From positions 4,480,001 to 4,544,000 of the forward strand of contig OY969695.1 in assembly GCA_963701965.1 (NCBI GenBank): a DNA stretch of 64,000 nucleotides, in the 5' to 3' direction. The translations under genes and the position numbers were made by a program. Positions 41,043 to 49,832 of the stretch are shown piece by piece. A model generated the notes under the pieces. That model searched no databases. It saw only the letters and a list, made by a program, of their open reading frames with translations, and was not told the DNA's origin. Position 1 is the stretch's first letter. The number at the start of each line of letters is the position of its first letter. Source of the DNA: an uncultured Gemmatimonadales bacterium. Its GTDB lineage: Bacteria > Gemmatimonadota > Gemmatimonadetes > Gemmatimonadales > Gemmatimonadaceae.

Positions 41043-42494
41043 ATGGACGAAGAACGAGCTATCGCGATCGTTGAGGATCTGCGCGGACAGCCGGAATGGC
41101 ACTGCGTAGAGTTCAAGCGGAACTACGCCGAGCCGGAGAAGATCGGGAGGCTGGTATCGGCGATCTCCAATGCCGCGCGCCTGTCAGATCGTTCGTACGG
41201 GTACGTGATATGGGGGGTGGAGGATAGCACCCGCGACATCGTTGGAACCAACTTCCATCCGGCGACCGCGAAGGTAGGGAATCAACCACTCGAGTTCTGG
41301 CTGTCGAGCATGCTCAAGCCAGACATCGCGGTCGAGTTTGTTCCAATGGTTCACCCCAAGGGTGACCCAGTCGTACTCCTGAAAATACCGGCAGCGTGCG
41401 ATGTGACGACCAAGTTCGAAGAAATCGCCTACATTCGCATCGGCAGCGCGACGCCAAGGTTGTCTGACTACCCCAAGCGAGAGGCCGAGCTGGTGGCCAA
41501 GCTGCGTCCGTACGTTTGGGAGCGGGGCGTGGCCGCCGAATTCAGGTCCGAGGTAGATGTCGAGTTATTGTTCGACACTGGGGGCTACTTCGCGCTCACC
41601 CGCCGCCGGCCACCCAGCACTTATGCCGCGATCCTGCGCCAACTCGCAGACGAGCACCTCATTGCCGTGGACGTCGGAGTCCGTCGGAACATTCATAACC
41701 TTGGTGCAATCCTGTTCGCTCGGAATCTTGGTGCCTTCGATTCGACGGCGCGGAAGGCCGTGCGAGTGATTCAGTACGATGGCACCAGCAAGGAGAAAAC
41801 CAAAAGGCAACAGACTGGAAGACTTGGATACGCCACGAGCTTTGAGAACATCATCTCGTTCATTGATACGCTCTTGCCGAGCGAAGAACAGGTGCTGCCC
41901 GCCTTGCGAACTCGCCGGAGGATGTATCCGCCGATCGCCATTCGCGAGCTCGTCGCCAACGCACTCGTGCATCAAGACTTCACTATCTCTGGCGCAGGCC
42001 CGATGGTTGAGCTGTATGACGACCGGATCGAAATTTCGAACCCGGGCGTGCCCGTTACGGATATGCTCAACAAGCTCTTCGGCGCTCCGCCGCAGTCACG
42101 AAATGAGCATATCGCGAGACTGATGCGGCGAATGGGAATCTGCGAGGAACAGGGATCTGGATTGGTCAAAACTATATCGGCCCTTGAGGAACACCGCTTG
42201 CCGGCACTCGATCTGCGCGTCGTCGATCATCACATGCGAGTCACCCTGTACGGGCCGCGCCCGTTTAGCGCCCTGAGCAAGCAACAGCGTCTTCAGGTCT
42301 GCTATCAACACGCCGCGCTGCAGCACCACAGAGGGAGGCCGATGACCAACGCTTCGCTACGGGATCGCCTCGGAATAGAGGGGCGGAACGCGGCGCAGGT
42401 CTCCAGAGTGATTAAGGAGACTTTGGAGTCACGTCTGATTCGCGTCGAGGACCCGCAACGACCACGCTCTGGATACGTGCCGTTCTGGGCCTAG
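41043..42494 (+). CDS. Schlafen/AlbA_2 + HATPase_c_4 (RecG-C-like GHKL) + wHTH protein
   Basis: EWHCVEFK, SAISNA, IWGVED (AlbA_2); YPPIAIRELVANALVHQDF, DRIEISNPG, SRNEHIA, ICEEQGSG (HATPase_c_4); C-terminal MTNASLRDRLG HTH. Confidence 0.88.
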   Translation: MDEERAIAIVEDLRGQPEWHCVEFKRNYAEPEKIGRLVSAISNAARLSDRSYGYVIWGVEDSTRDIVGTNFHPATAKVGNQPLEFWLSSMLKPDIAVEFVPMVHPKGDPVVLLKIPAACDVTTKFEEIAYIRIGSATPRLSDYPKREAELVAKLRPYVWERGVAAEFRSEVDVELLFDTGGYFALTRRRPPSTYAAILRQLADEHLIAVDVGVRRNIHNLGAILFARNLGAFDSTARKAVRVIQYDGTSKEKTKRQQTGRLGYATSFENIISFIDTLLPSEEQVLPALRTRRRMYPPIAIRELVANALVHQDFTISGAGPMVELYDDRIEISNPGVPVTDMLNKLFGAPPQSRNEHIARLMRRMGICEEQGSGLVKTISALEEHRLPALDLRVVDHHMRVTLYGPRPFSALSKQQRLQVCYQHAALQHHRGRPMTNASLRDRLGIEGRNAAQVSRVIKETLESRLIRVEDPQRPRSGYVPFWA

Positions 42495-42886
42495 AATCCG
42501 GTACAGGATCCTTTATTGATTCCGGCGCCAGCCGCGGAGCCGGGTTTGTCGTAACACGCTGTATGGCAACAGGTTGCGCAAGGTCCGATATTTGATTGGG
42601 AATTGACTGCGCGTTGGGATCGCTCCCAGCTGTGGGACGACGGGCGTGACGACCAGGGCAGCGCTTCTGAGATCTGTGCTTGTCCCGCGTCAGTAATGCG
42701 CATAAGCACCTCGCATTCCGGACTGTTCGGCACGACAATGATCTTCAAATTAGAGCGGACGGCCATCATCGCCGTATCGTTGATTTTTGTGTGAATTGCC
42801 ATCCTACCTGAGCGGCGGGCCACTATGGCTCGCGGTCCGCGAGGCGTTTGGCCAACACACGTAGAATTTCGTGCTCACCGTCCTGG

Positions 42887-42928
42887 TCACAGTTGGATTC
42901 ACAGTTGGATTTGGATTCACAGTTGGAT
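42887..42928. repeat. Three direct copies of TCACAGTTGGAT plus one TTGGAT half copy
   Basis: Copies at 42887-42898, 42899-42910 and 42917-42928; TTGGAT at 42911-42916. Confidence 0.9.
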
Positions 42929-43064
42929 ATGGTATGGAGCGTTTTTTTGCACTCCGCGCCCGGGCAGACTACGCCAGCGCCAGAGGGCAACCCAGCAGCC
43001 CGCCGGTACGAGAAGGCTAAACCCGTTATCTTGTGACGGTTTACGCCTTTTCTCCGTCAACGTC

Positions 43065-43529
43065 ATGGCCCAGGGCGAGAGCGACACCGAAGCGATCGCG
43101 CGCAACCGGCGCGCCCGACACGACTACCACATCCTCGAGACGTGGGAAGCCGGTCTGGTGCTCACGGGGACCGAGGTCAAGGCGCTGCGCGAAGGCAAGG
43201 CGACCATATCGGATGCCTACGCGGTGGTGAACGGAAGCGAGGTGTTCCTGCTCAATCTCCATATCGGCCAGTACGACCAGGGTCACCAGTTCAATCACGA
43301 GCCCACGCGGACGCGGAAGCTGCTGCTGCACAAGAAGGAGATTCGCAAGATGATCGGGGCCGTCGAGCGCCAGGGACTCACATTGATCGCGCTCGACTTG
43401 TACTTCAAGCGCGGCCGCGCCAAAGCGTTGATCGGCCTGGCCCGCGGCAAGAAGCTCCACGACAAGCGCGCCGACGCCAAGCGCCGCGACGACGAGCGCG
43501 ACATCGCTCGCGCGGTCCGCGTCCGGTGA
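43065..43529 (+). CDS. smpB: SsrA-binding protein
   Basis: NRRARHDY, EAGLVLTGTEVKALR, RKLLLHKKEI, GKKLHDKR. Confidence 0.97.
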   Translation: MAQGESDTEAIARNRRARHDYHILETWEAGLVLTGTEVKALREGKATISDAYAVVNGSEVFLLNLHIGQYDQGHQFNHEPTRTRKLLLHKKEIRKMIGAVERQGLTLIALDLYFKRGRAKALIGLARGKKLHDKRADAKRRDDERDIARAVRVR

Positions 43530-44794
43530 TCGCCGCCCTCGGCCTGTGCTTTCAGCTCGCCAGCCCCCAGGCCGGGATCTCGGTGTTGTCCGTCAAAGCC
43601 AACGGCACCGAATACCATATTCCTGTCGTCGACGGCGGCGGCACCCTGTCTATTCGCGCCGACCTTCTCACGAACGCTCTCGGCGGGTCGACCCGGCGTA
43701 TGCCCGACGGACGCTACTCCGTCGCGCTCCCCGGGATCACGCTCGTCGTCTCCGATCATAACCCCTTCGCCAAGGCCGACACCGCCGTCATCCCGTTGGG
43801 TGGCGAGGCTTACGTTGCCGGCGGACACGTCTACCTGCCCTTCACGGTCGTCACCGACGTCGCCCCCCGCGTCGGCAGCGGCGTGCTCTACGATACCAGC
43901 CTCGTCCAGCTGCGCCTTTTCTCGGCGTTCGTCTCGTCCTCGTCCCACGCCACGGGGCGCACCCTGGGGTCGGGCGACGTCCTCGTGCCCGACTCCACCG
44001 ATCTCGACGAGAGCGCCACTCCCGGCCGTACCCACCTCGTCGTCGTCGACGCCGGCCACGGTGGCCCTGACCATGGGATGAGCGGGCCCATCGGATCCAC
44101 GCACCCCATCTACGAGAAGGACATCACCCTCGCCGTCGCCCAGCGCGTGTCGAGCGCCCTCCGCGCCCGCGGCATCGACGTCGTGATGACCCGCACGCGC
44201 GACACCCTGATCGCGTTGTCCGACCGCGGCCGGATCGCCAACGAGCACCACGCCGATCTCTTTCTCTCGATCCACGTCAATGCCGCCAACCCCGGCTGGC
44301 ACGATCCCGCCGGCGCCCGCGGATTCGAGACCTATTTCCTCGCCGAAGCCAAGACCGAGGATGCCCGCCGCGTCGCCCAGATGGAAAACGAAGCCGTCCG
44401 GTTCGAGAGCGGCAGCGACGGATCGAAAAACGATCCGCTCGACTTCATTCTCAAGGACATGAAGCAGAACGAGCACCTTCGGGAGTCGAGCGACCTGGCC
44501 ACCATTATCCAAAAGCACTTGGGCCGCATCGAGCCCGGTCCCGATCGCGGCGTCAAGCAAGCCGGATTCCGGGTCCTCGTCACCGCCTACATGCCCGCGG
44601 TGCTCGTCGAGATCGGGTTCGGCACCAACGCCGCCGAGGCGCGCTATCTGTCGAGTCCCGCCGAGCAACGCGAGATTGCGCAGTCGATCGCCGGCGCCAC
44701 GGCGCAGTACCTGGCGCGCTACGAGCGGCGGATCGGCGGCGGACGGACGGCCACGGTGGCCGACAATGGCGGCAAGCCCGCCGGAGCCCAGTGA
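43526..44794 (+). CDS. N-acetylmuramoyl-L-alanine amidase (Amidase_3, AmiA/B/C-like)
   Basis: VVDAGHGG, EKDITL, LFLSIHVNA, GFETYFL, MPAVLVEIGF; GTGA overlap with smpB. Confidence 0.92.
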   Translation: MIAALGLCFQLASPQAGISVLSVKANGTEYHIPVVDGGGTLSIRADLLTNALGGSTRRMPDGRYSVALPGITLVVSDHNPFAKADTAVIPLGGEAYVAGGHVYLPFTVVTDVAPRVGSGVLYDTSLVQLRLFSAFVSSSSHATGRTLGSGDVLVPDSTDLDESATPGRTHLVVVDAGHGGPDHGMSGPIGSTHPIYEKDITLAVAQRVSSALRARGIDVVMTRTRDTLIALSDRGRIANEHHADLFLSIHVNAANPGWHDPAGARGFETYFLAEAKTEDARRVAQMENEAVRFESGSDGSKNDPLDFILKDMKQNEHLRESSDLATIIQKHLGRIEPGPDRGVKQAGFRVLVTAYMPAVLVEIGFGTNAAEARYLSSPAEQREIAQSIAGATAQYLARYERRIGGGRTATVADNGGKPAGAQ

Positions 44795-44795
44795 C

Positions 44796-45731
44796 GTGAC
44801 CACTGCCCTCGCGGTGGACGCCGCGGGGCTCCACTTCCAAAATCCCGTCTTGCTCGCCGCCGGCACCGCCGCTTACGGCCGCGAGCTCGCCGGCGTGGTG
44901 GATCTCGATCGCCTCGGCGGCCTCGTGACCAAAGCCGTGAGCGTCGAGCCCCGCCACGGCAATCCCGCGCCGCGCGTTGCCGAATTCTCCGGCGGGATGC
45001 TGAACGCCATCGGCCTCGCCAATCCCGGCCTCGACGCGGTGCGTCGCGAGCACCTGCCGTGGCTGGCCGAGCATGTGCGGCACGCCCAAGTGCTCGTCAA
45101 CGTGGTAGGGAACACGGTCGGCGACTTCGTCGCCGTCGTGTCCGGCCTGACCGACGCGCCAGGGTTCGCCGGGTTCGAGATCAATGTCAGTTGTCCCAAC
45201 GTGCATTGTGGCGGCATGGAATTCGGCGCCGACCGCAAGGTCCTCGGGGATTTGATCGCTGCTGTCAGGGGGGCGACCAGACGACCGATCTTCGTGAAGC
45301 TTTCGCCGACATTGCCGGAGATCGGTGAGACCGCGAAGGCCGCCGTGGGAGCAGGAGCCGACGGCATCACCGTGGTCAACACGCTCCCCGGCCTCGTGGT
45401 CGACGTGGAGACCCGGCGGCCCGCCCTCGGCTTCGGCACCGGCGGCATCAGCGGATCCGCCGTGTTGGCCGTGGGCGTGCTCGCGACCTATCGCGTCGCC
45501 CGCGCGGTTCCGGTGCCGGTCATCGGCGTCGGAGGCATCGCGACGGCGGAAGATATCGTGCAGTATTTGTTGGCCGGCGCCACGTTGGTGGGCGTCGGTA
45601 CCGCCGCCCTCATCGATCCACGGGTGCCGGAACGCCTCGTTCGCGGGCTCGCGCGCTGGTGCACACGCCACGGCGTGCGGACGCTGAACGACATCATTGG
45701 ACGTCTGGACTGGGGAGGTGGGGCACCGTGA
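44796..45731 (+). CDS. pyrD: Dihydroorotate dehydrogenase, family 1
   Basis: GNPAPR, NAIGLANPG, EINVSCPN, VKLSP, VNT, GGISG, GVGGI. Confidence 0.93.
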   Translation: MTTALAVDAAGLHFQNPVLLAAGTAAYGRELAGVVDLDRLGGLVTKAVSVEPRHGNPAPRVAEFSGGMLNAIGLANPGLDAVRREHLPWLAEHVRHAQVLVNVVGNTVGDFVAVVSGLTDAPGFAGFEINVSCPNVHCGGMEFGADRKVLGDLIAAVRGATRRPIFVKLSPTLPEIGETAKAAVGAGADGITVVNTLPGLVVDVETRRPALGFGTGGISGSAVLAVGVLATYRVARAVPVPVIGVGGIATAEDIVQYLLAGATLVGVGTAALIDPRVPERLVRGLARWCTRHGVRTLNDIIGRLDWGGGAP

Positions 45732-46423
45732 AGACCATACCAATCGTGGCGCTGGATGTCCCGAGCCAGGAAGCCGCCTCGATCATCGTGTCCGCCCTCG
45801 GCGACCTCTGCCGGTTCTACAAGGTCGGCAGCGAGCTGTTCACGGCCGGCGGGCCCGCCGTCGTGCGCTCCCTGCGGGAGCACGACTGCGAGGTCTTTCT
45901 CGACCTCAAATGGCACGACATCCCCAACACGATCAAGGGTGCAGCCCGGAGCGCGGCCCGGATCGGCGCCCGGCTCGTCACCGTGCACGCCACCGGCGGC
46001 ATCTCGATGATGCGCGCCGCGGTCGAGGGAGCCAGCCAGGGCGGCGCCGGCTGCAAGGTCTTCGCGGTCACGGTGTTGACCTCGCTTGACGCGCAGCGCA
46101 TCGGCCAAGCGTGGGGGCGACCCAATATCGTGGTGATGGATGAAGTCCTGCGGCTCGCCGATCAGGCGCTCGAGGCCGGTGTCCGCGGGATCGTCTGCGG
46201 CGGCACCGAGGCGGCCGCCGTTCGCGCGCGCCACGGTGAAGCCCTCGAGCTCCTCGTGCCCGGCGTCCGTCTGGCCGGCAGCGCGTCCAACGACCAGGTG
46301 CGGGTCGTGACGCCCGCCGAAGCCGTAGCCGCCGGCGCCAACTACATCGTCGTCGGTCGAACCGTCACCGCGGCCCCGGCCCCGCGCGAAGCGATGCGCT
46401 CCGTCATTGACGCGGTAACCTAA
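45728..46423 (+). CDS. pyrF: Orotidine-5'-phosphate decarboxylase
   Basis: VALD, KVG, FLDLKWHDIPNT, VTVLTS, PGVR, DQVR, VVGR. Confidence 0.96.
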   Translation: MKTIPIVALDVPSQEAASIIVSALGDLCRFYKVGSELFTAGGPAVVRSLREHDCEVFLDLKWHDIPNTIKGAARSAARIGARLVTVHATGGISMMRAAVEGASQGGAGCKVFAVTVLTSLDAQRIGQAWGRPNIVVMDEVLRLADQALEAGVRGIVCGGTEAAAVRARHGEALELLVPGVRLAGSASNDQVRVVTPAEAVAAGANYIVVGRTVTAAPAPREAMRSVIDAVT

Positions 46424-46435
46424 GCCGAATAATAT
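46407..46435 (+). promoter_or_regulatory. sigma70-type promoter of the rpmJ-alpha operon
   Basis: TTGACG-N17-TAATAT followed by an AT-rich leader and an AGGAG SD. Confidence 0.7.
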
Positions 46436-46478
46436 TATGAGCTTGCCTAGAATTTTAACGTACTTGTAGGAGCAGCCA

Positions 46479-46595
46479 GTGAAAGTTCGGAGCAGCGTCA
46501 AGCCAATCTGCGAGCACTGCAAGGTGATCAAGCGGAACGGCGTGATGCGCATCATTTGTAAGCGCAACCCGAAACACAAGCAGCGGCAAGGGTAA
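46479..46595 (+). CDS. rpmJ: 50S ribosomal protein L36 (Zn-ribbon form)
   Basis: [38 protein letters not shown], translated by hand; it is not in the ORF track. Confidence 0.97.
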   Translation: MKVRSSVKPICEHCKVIKRNGVMRIICKRNPKHKQRQG

Positions 46596-46598
46596 CCC

Positions 46599-46976
46599 AT
46601 GGCGCGCATTGCCGGCATCGATCTCCCTCGCGACAAAAAGGTCGAGATTGGGCTGACGTACATTTACGGGATCGGCCGCGCGAATGCGCGCAAGATCCTC
46701 CTGTCCACCGGAGTCAACTCCGCCCTGCGCATTCGCGAGCTCTCCGACGCCGACGTCAATCGTCTGCGCCAGGCGATCGAGCGCGACTTTCGCGTCGAGG
46801 GGGCGCTCCGGACCGAGGTCGCGATGAATATCAAGCGCCTCATGGATATCGGGTCGTACCGTGGCATCCGGCACCGCAAGGGGCTTCCGGTGCGTGGACA
46901 ACGGACCCACACGAACGCGCGCACGAAGAAAGGACCGCGTCGCGCCATTGCCGGGAAGAAAAAGGTGACCAAGTAA
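46599..46976 (+). CDS. rpsM: 30S ribosomal protein S13
   Basis: [33 protein letters not shown]. Confidence 0.98.
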   Translation: MARIAGIDLPRDKKVEIGLTYIYGIGRANARKILLSTGVNSALRIRELSDADVNRLRQAIERDFRVEGALRTEVAMNIKRLMDIGSYRGIRHRKGLPVRGQRTHTNARTKKGPRRAIAGKKKVTK

Positions 46977-46977
46977 C

Positions 46978-47355
46978 ATGGCGACCGCGAAGAAATCGAA
47001 GCGCATCGTAGAGGCGGAGGGCATCGCTCACGTCAACGCGACGTTCAACAACACGACGGTGACGATCACCGATCCGCGCGGGAATACCGTGTCCTGGGGA
47101 TCGTCGGGCAAGGCGGGGTTCAAGGGGTCGAAAAAGTCGACGCCATTCGCCGCCACGGTCGCGGCCGAGCAGGTCGCCCGCGAGGCGATGACGCTCGGCG
47201 TCCGCCGCGTGCACGTGCGCGTGCAGGGTCCCGGCTCGGGGCGCGAGTCCGCGATCCAGGCGCTGGCGACGGCCGGATTGCAGGTCAAGTCGATCAAGGA
47301 CGTCACGCCCATTCCGCACAACGGTTGCCGGCCGCCTAAGCGGCGGAGGGTCTGA
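46978..47355 (+). CDS. rpsK: 30S ribosomal protein S11
   Basis: [37 protein letters not shown]. Confidence 0.98.
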   Translation: MATAKKSKRIVEAEGIAHVNATFNNTTVTITDPRGNTVSWGSSGKAGFKGSKKSTPFAATVAAEQVAREAMTLGVRRVHVRVQGPGSGRESAIQALATAGLQVKSIKDVTPIPHNGCRPPKRRRV

Positions 47356-47358
47356 CCC

Positions 47359-47991
47359 GTGCGGTATCTGGGACCGAGTTGCCGGCAGTGCCGGCGCGAA
47401 GGCACGAAGCTGTTTCTCAAGGGCACCAAGTGCTTCACCGAGAAGTGCCCCGTCGAGCGGCGGCCATATGCGCCTGGCCAGCACGGTCAAAGCACCGCGC
47501 GGCGCCGGAAGTCGTCGGAGTATGCCAAGCAGCTGCGCGAGAAGCAGAAGATCAAGCGCATCTACGGCGTCAGTGAGCGGCAGTTCCGCAACACGTTTCA
47601 GCGCGTCGTGAAGCTGCCCGGCATCACCGGCCACGAGCTCCTCGCTTCGCTGGAGAGCCGGCTCGACAACATGATCTATCGGATGGGATTCGCGTCCAGC
47701 CGGAAGGCGGCGCGCCAGCTGATCCGGCATCGGCACGTCGAGATCAATCAAAAGACTGTCGATGTCCCGAGCTATCATGTCCGGCCCGGGCAGGAAGTCC
47801 GCGTGCGGCCCAAGTCGCGCGAGCAGGCGTCGATCCTCGTCGCCATGGAGCAATCATCGCGCGGCGCGTCCCTCTCGTGGCTCGCCGTCGACAGGGAGTC
47901 GTTCAGCGGCCGCATGCTGGAGCGTCCGGCCCGCGCGAACATCCCGATCGCGGCCCAGGAGCAATTGGTCGTCGAGTTGTACTCGAAGTAA
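47359..47991 (+). CDS. rpsD: 30S ribosomal protein S4
   Basis: CRQCRREG, PGQHG, QLREKQK, LESRLDN, VELYSK. Confidence 0.98.
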   Translation: MRYLGPSCRQCRREGTKLFLKGTKCFTEKCPVERRPYAPGQHGQSTARRRKSSEYAKQLREKQKIKRIYGVSERQFRNTFQRVVKLPGITGHELLASLESRLDNMIYRMGFASSRKAARQLIRHRHVEINQKTVDVPSYHVRPGQEVRVRPKSREQASILVAMEQSSRGASLSWLAVDRESFSGRMLERPARANIPIAAQEQLVVELYSK

Positions 47992-48008
47992 AAGACGTTT
48001 TTCACAGA

Positions 48009-48119
48009 CGCGGCCCCGAAAGGGTCCGCGCGCTGGTCGGGACTCTGACTCCCGTACGAGCCTACCGCGCGTCAGAGGCGGGGTGGGGCGTTGCCGGGCA
48101 CGGTCGCCCGGTATGACCA
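48009..48119 (+). other. Candidate structured cis-regulatory RNA between rpsD and rpoA
   Basis: GAAA-tetraloop hairpin 48009-48030; closing stem TGGTC/GACCA; complementary segments CTCTGAC (48043-49) and GTCAGAG (48071-77); hairpin TGCCGGGC/GCCCGGTA. Confidence 0.5.
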
Positions 48120-48136
48120 CTGAGAGGAATAGCACC

Positions 48137-49204
48137 ATGGCACAGACTATCGATCTTCGCGGCCTCGTCCGCCCCCAGCTCGTCGAAGCGACGAAGCGTG
48201 AGGACAATCCGAACGTCGCCGAGTTTCGCCTCCAGCCCCTCGAGCGCGGCTTCGGCCACACGCTCGGCAACGCGATGCGCCGCCTGCTGCTGTCGTCCCT
48301 CCGGGGCACCGCAGTCTGGGCGTTTCGCGTCGATGGCGTCGTCCACGAGCACCAGACGATCTCCGGCGTCGTCGAGGACGTCCATCAGATCATCGGCAAC
48401 CTGAAGACCCTGACGCTGGTGCTCGACGAGGGCCTGGAAGACGCCACGCTGCGCATCCAGCGCACCGGCGCTGGCCCAGTGACCGCGACCGATATCAATG
48501 TCGGCTCCGGCGTCCGGATCATCGATCCCTCGCACCACCTATTCACGCTGCAGGACGATCGCGACATCACAATGGACCTGTACGTCAAGCAGGGCCGAGG
48601 CTACACCGAGTCCGACCAGCACACGCTGGAGCGCGGCATGCCGATCGACGTCGTGCGCATCGACGCCATTTACAATCCGGTCCGCCGCGTGAACTTCTCG
48701 GTGGCCGAGACCCGCGTCGGTCAGCGCACCGACTACGACCGGCTCACGCTCACGGTCGAGACGAACGGCACGATCAGTCCGGAAGAGGCCGTCAGCTACG
48801 CGGCGGCGCTCGCGCAGACGCACTTCCAGTACTTCGTGGGTTTCGGTTCCCACACGTCGGCACCAGTCGGCGCCGGCGCCGATCTCGGCGGCGGCGACAG
48901 CGTCCGGCTCGCCGAGTTGCAGACGCCGATCGACGACCTCGAGCTGTCGGTCCGGTCGGTGAACTCACTCAAGAATTCCAATATCCGGTCCCTCGGCGAT
49001 CTCGTGCGCCAGACCGAAAGTCAGATTCTCCAGGTCAAGAATTTCGGCAAGAAGTCCCTGCAGGAGATCGCCGACCTGCTGGAACGCAAAGGGTTGAACT
49101 TCGGGATGCGGTACGAAGAGACTCCGGATGGCGTGCGGATCACCGATTGGGGCACGCCGCCGAGCCGGGCCGCCGCGAACGCGCCAGACGACGACGAGGA
49201 GTAG
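48137..49204 (+). CDS. rpoA: RNA polymerase subunit alpha
   Basis: PLERGFGHTLGNAMRRLLLSS, RVGQRTDYDRL, LELSVRSVNSLK, NFGKKSL; GAGG SD. Confidence 0.98.
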   Translation: MAQTIDLRGLVRPQLVEATKREDNPNVAEFRLQPLERGFGHTLGNAMRRLLLSSLRGTAVWAFRVDGVVHEHQTISGVVEDVHQIIGNLKTLTLVLDEGLEDATLRIQRTGAGPVTATDINVGSGVRIIDPSHHLFTLQDDRDITMDLYVKQGRGYTESDQHTLERGMPIDVVRIDAIYNPVRRVNFSVAETRVGQRTDYDRLTLTVETNGTISPEEAVSYAAALAQTHFQYFVGFGSHTSAPVGAGADLGGGDSVRLAELQTPIDDLELSVRSVNSLKNSNIRSLGDLVRQTESQILQVKNFGKKSLQEIADLLERKGLNFGMRYEETPDGVRITDWGTPPSRAAANAPDDDEE

Positions 49205-49210
49205 CACGCC

Positions 49211-49582
49211 ATGCGACACCGAAAGGCCGGACGGCAACTCCGCCGGACAAGCGAGCAACGGCTGGCGCTGTTGCGGAATCTCGCGATCTCGCTGATCGAG
49301 AGCGGCGCCATCGAGACGACCGAGGCCAAAGCCAAAGAGCTGCGCCCGTTCGTCGAGAAGCTCATCACCAAAGGCAAAGCCGGCACGCTGCACGCCCGGC
49401 GACTCGCGGCGCGCGATGTGCACAAGCGGTCCGCGGCTGATAAACTGTTCCAGGATGTCGCGCCCAAATTCGCGACCCGGACCGGTGGGTACACGCGCAT
49501 TCTCAAGACCGGGTTCCGGAAAGGCGATGGCGCGGAGATGGCGCGCATCGAGTTGATCGGCCTGTCCGAGGTGTCGTCATGA
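49211..49582 (+). CDS. rplQ: 50S ribosomal protein L17
   Basis: [31 protein letters not shown]. Confidence 0.98.
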   Translation: MRHRKAGRQLRRTSEQRLALLRNLAISLIESGAIETTEAKAKELRPFVEKLITKGKAGTLHARRLAARDVHKRSAADKLFQDVAPKFATRTGGYTRILKTGFRKGDGAEMARIELIGLSEVSS

Positions 49583-49800
49583 TCGCGCGCAACCGATGCT
49601 ACTCGTGCGGTCGCGGCGTGGCGTTCGGCAACAACGTCTCGCACGCCAACAACAAAACCCGCCGCGTGTGGAAGCCCAACCTGCAGGTGGCCCGCGTTCT
49701 CCACGACGGCGTGATCACGAAGGTCAAGGTGTGCACGCGGTGTCTCCACGCGGGCAAGATCCAGCGCGCGCCACGGGGCGGCGGCGTTCCCGCCGCCTAG
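49579..49800 (+). CDS. rpmB: 50S ribosomal protein L28 (Zn-binding form)
   Basis: CYSCG...[20 protein letters not shown]...VCTRCL. Confidence 0.95.
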   Translation: MIARNRCYSCGRGVAFGNNVSHANNKTRRVWKPNLQVARVLHDGVITKVKVCTRCLHAGKIQRAPRGGGVPAA

Positions 49801-49832
49801 CGGCGGCGATCCCAAGGCCGGCAGCGCACTGA

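Larger units (their letters stand above)
39603..43045. mobile_element. Degenerate horizontally acquired islet (no integrase seen)
   Basis: Visibly lower GC and atypical codons, low coding density, a broken ORF, an AlbA_2 gene, and direct repeats plus a palindrome at the right edge. Boundaries are approximate. Confidence 0.55.

Noticed and set aside
42491..42823. 110-aa minus-strand ORF
   Set aside because: No recognisable motif, and its Cys-rich end coincides with a DNA palindrome; left unannotated.
42887..42928. Repeats as a CRISPR array
   Set aside because: The units are 12 bp and contiguous, with no spacers and no cas genes.
42930..43064. tmRNA (ssrA) next to smpB
   Set aside because: No tRNA-like ends or tag reading frame were seen.
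46421..46445. dif-like sequence CCGAATAATATTATG
   Set aside because: It lacks the 6-bp spacer and XerD arm, and is better explained as the -10 region of the rpmJ promoter.
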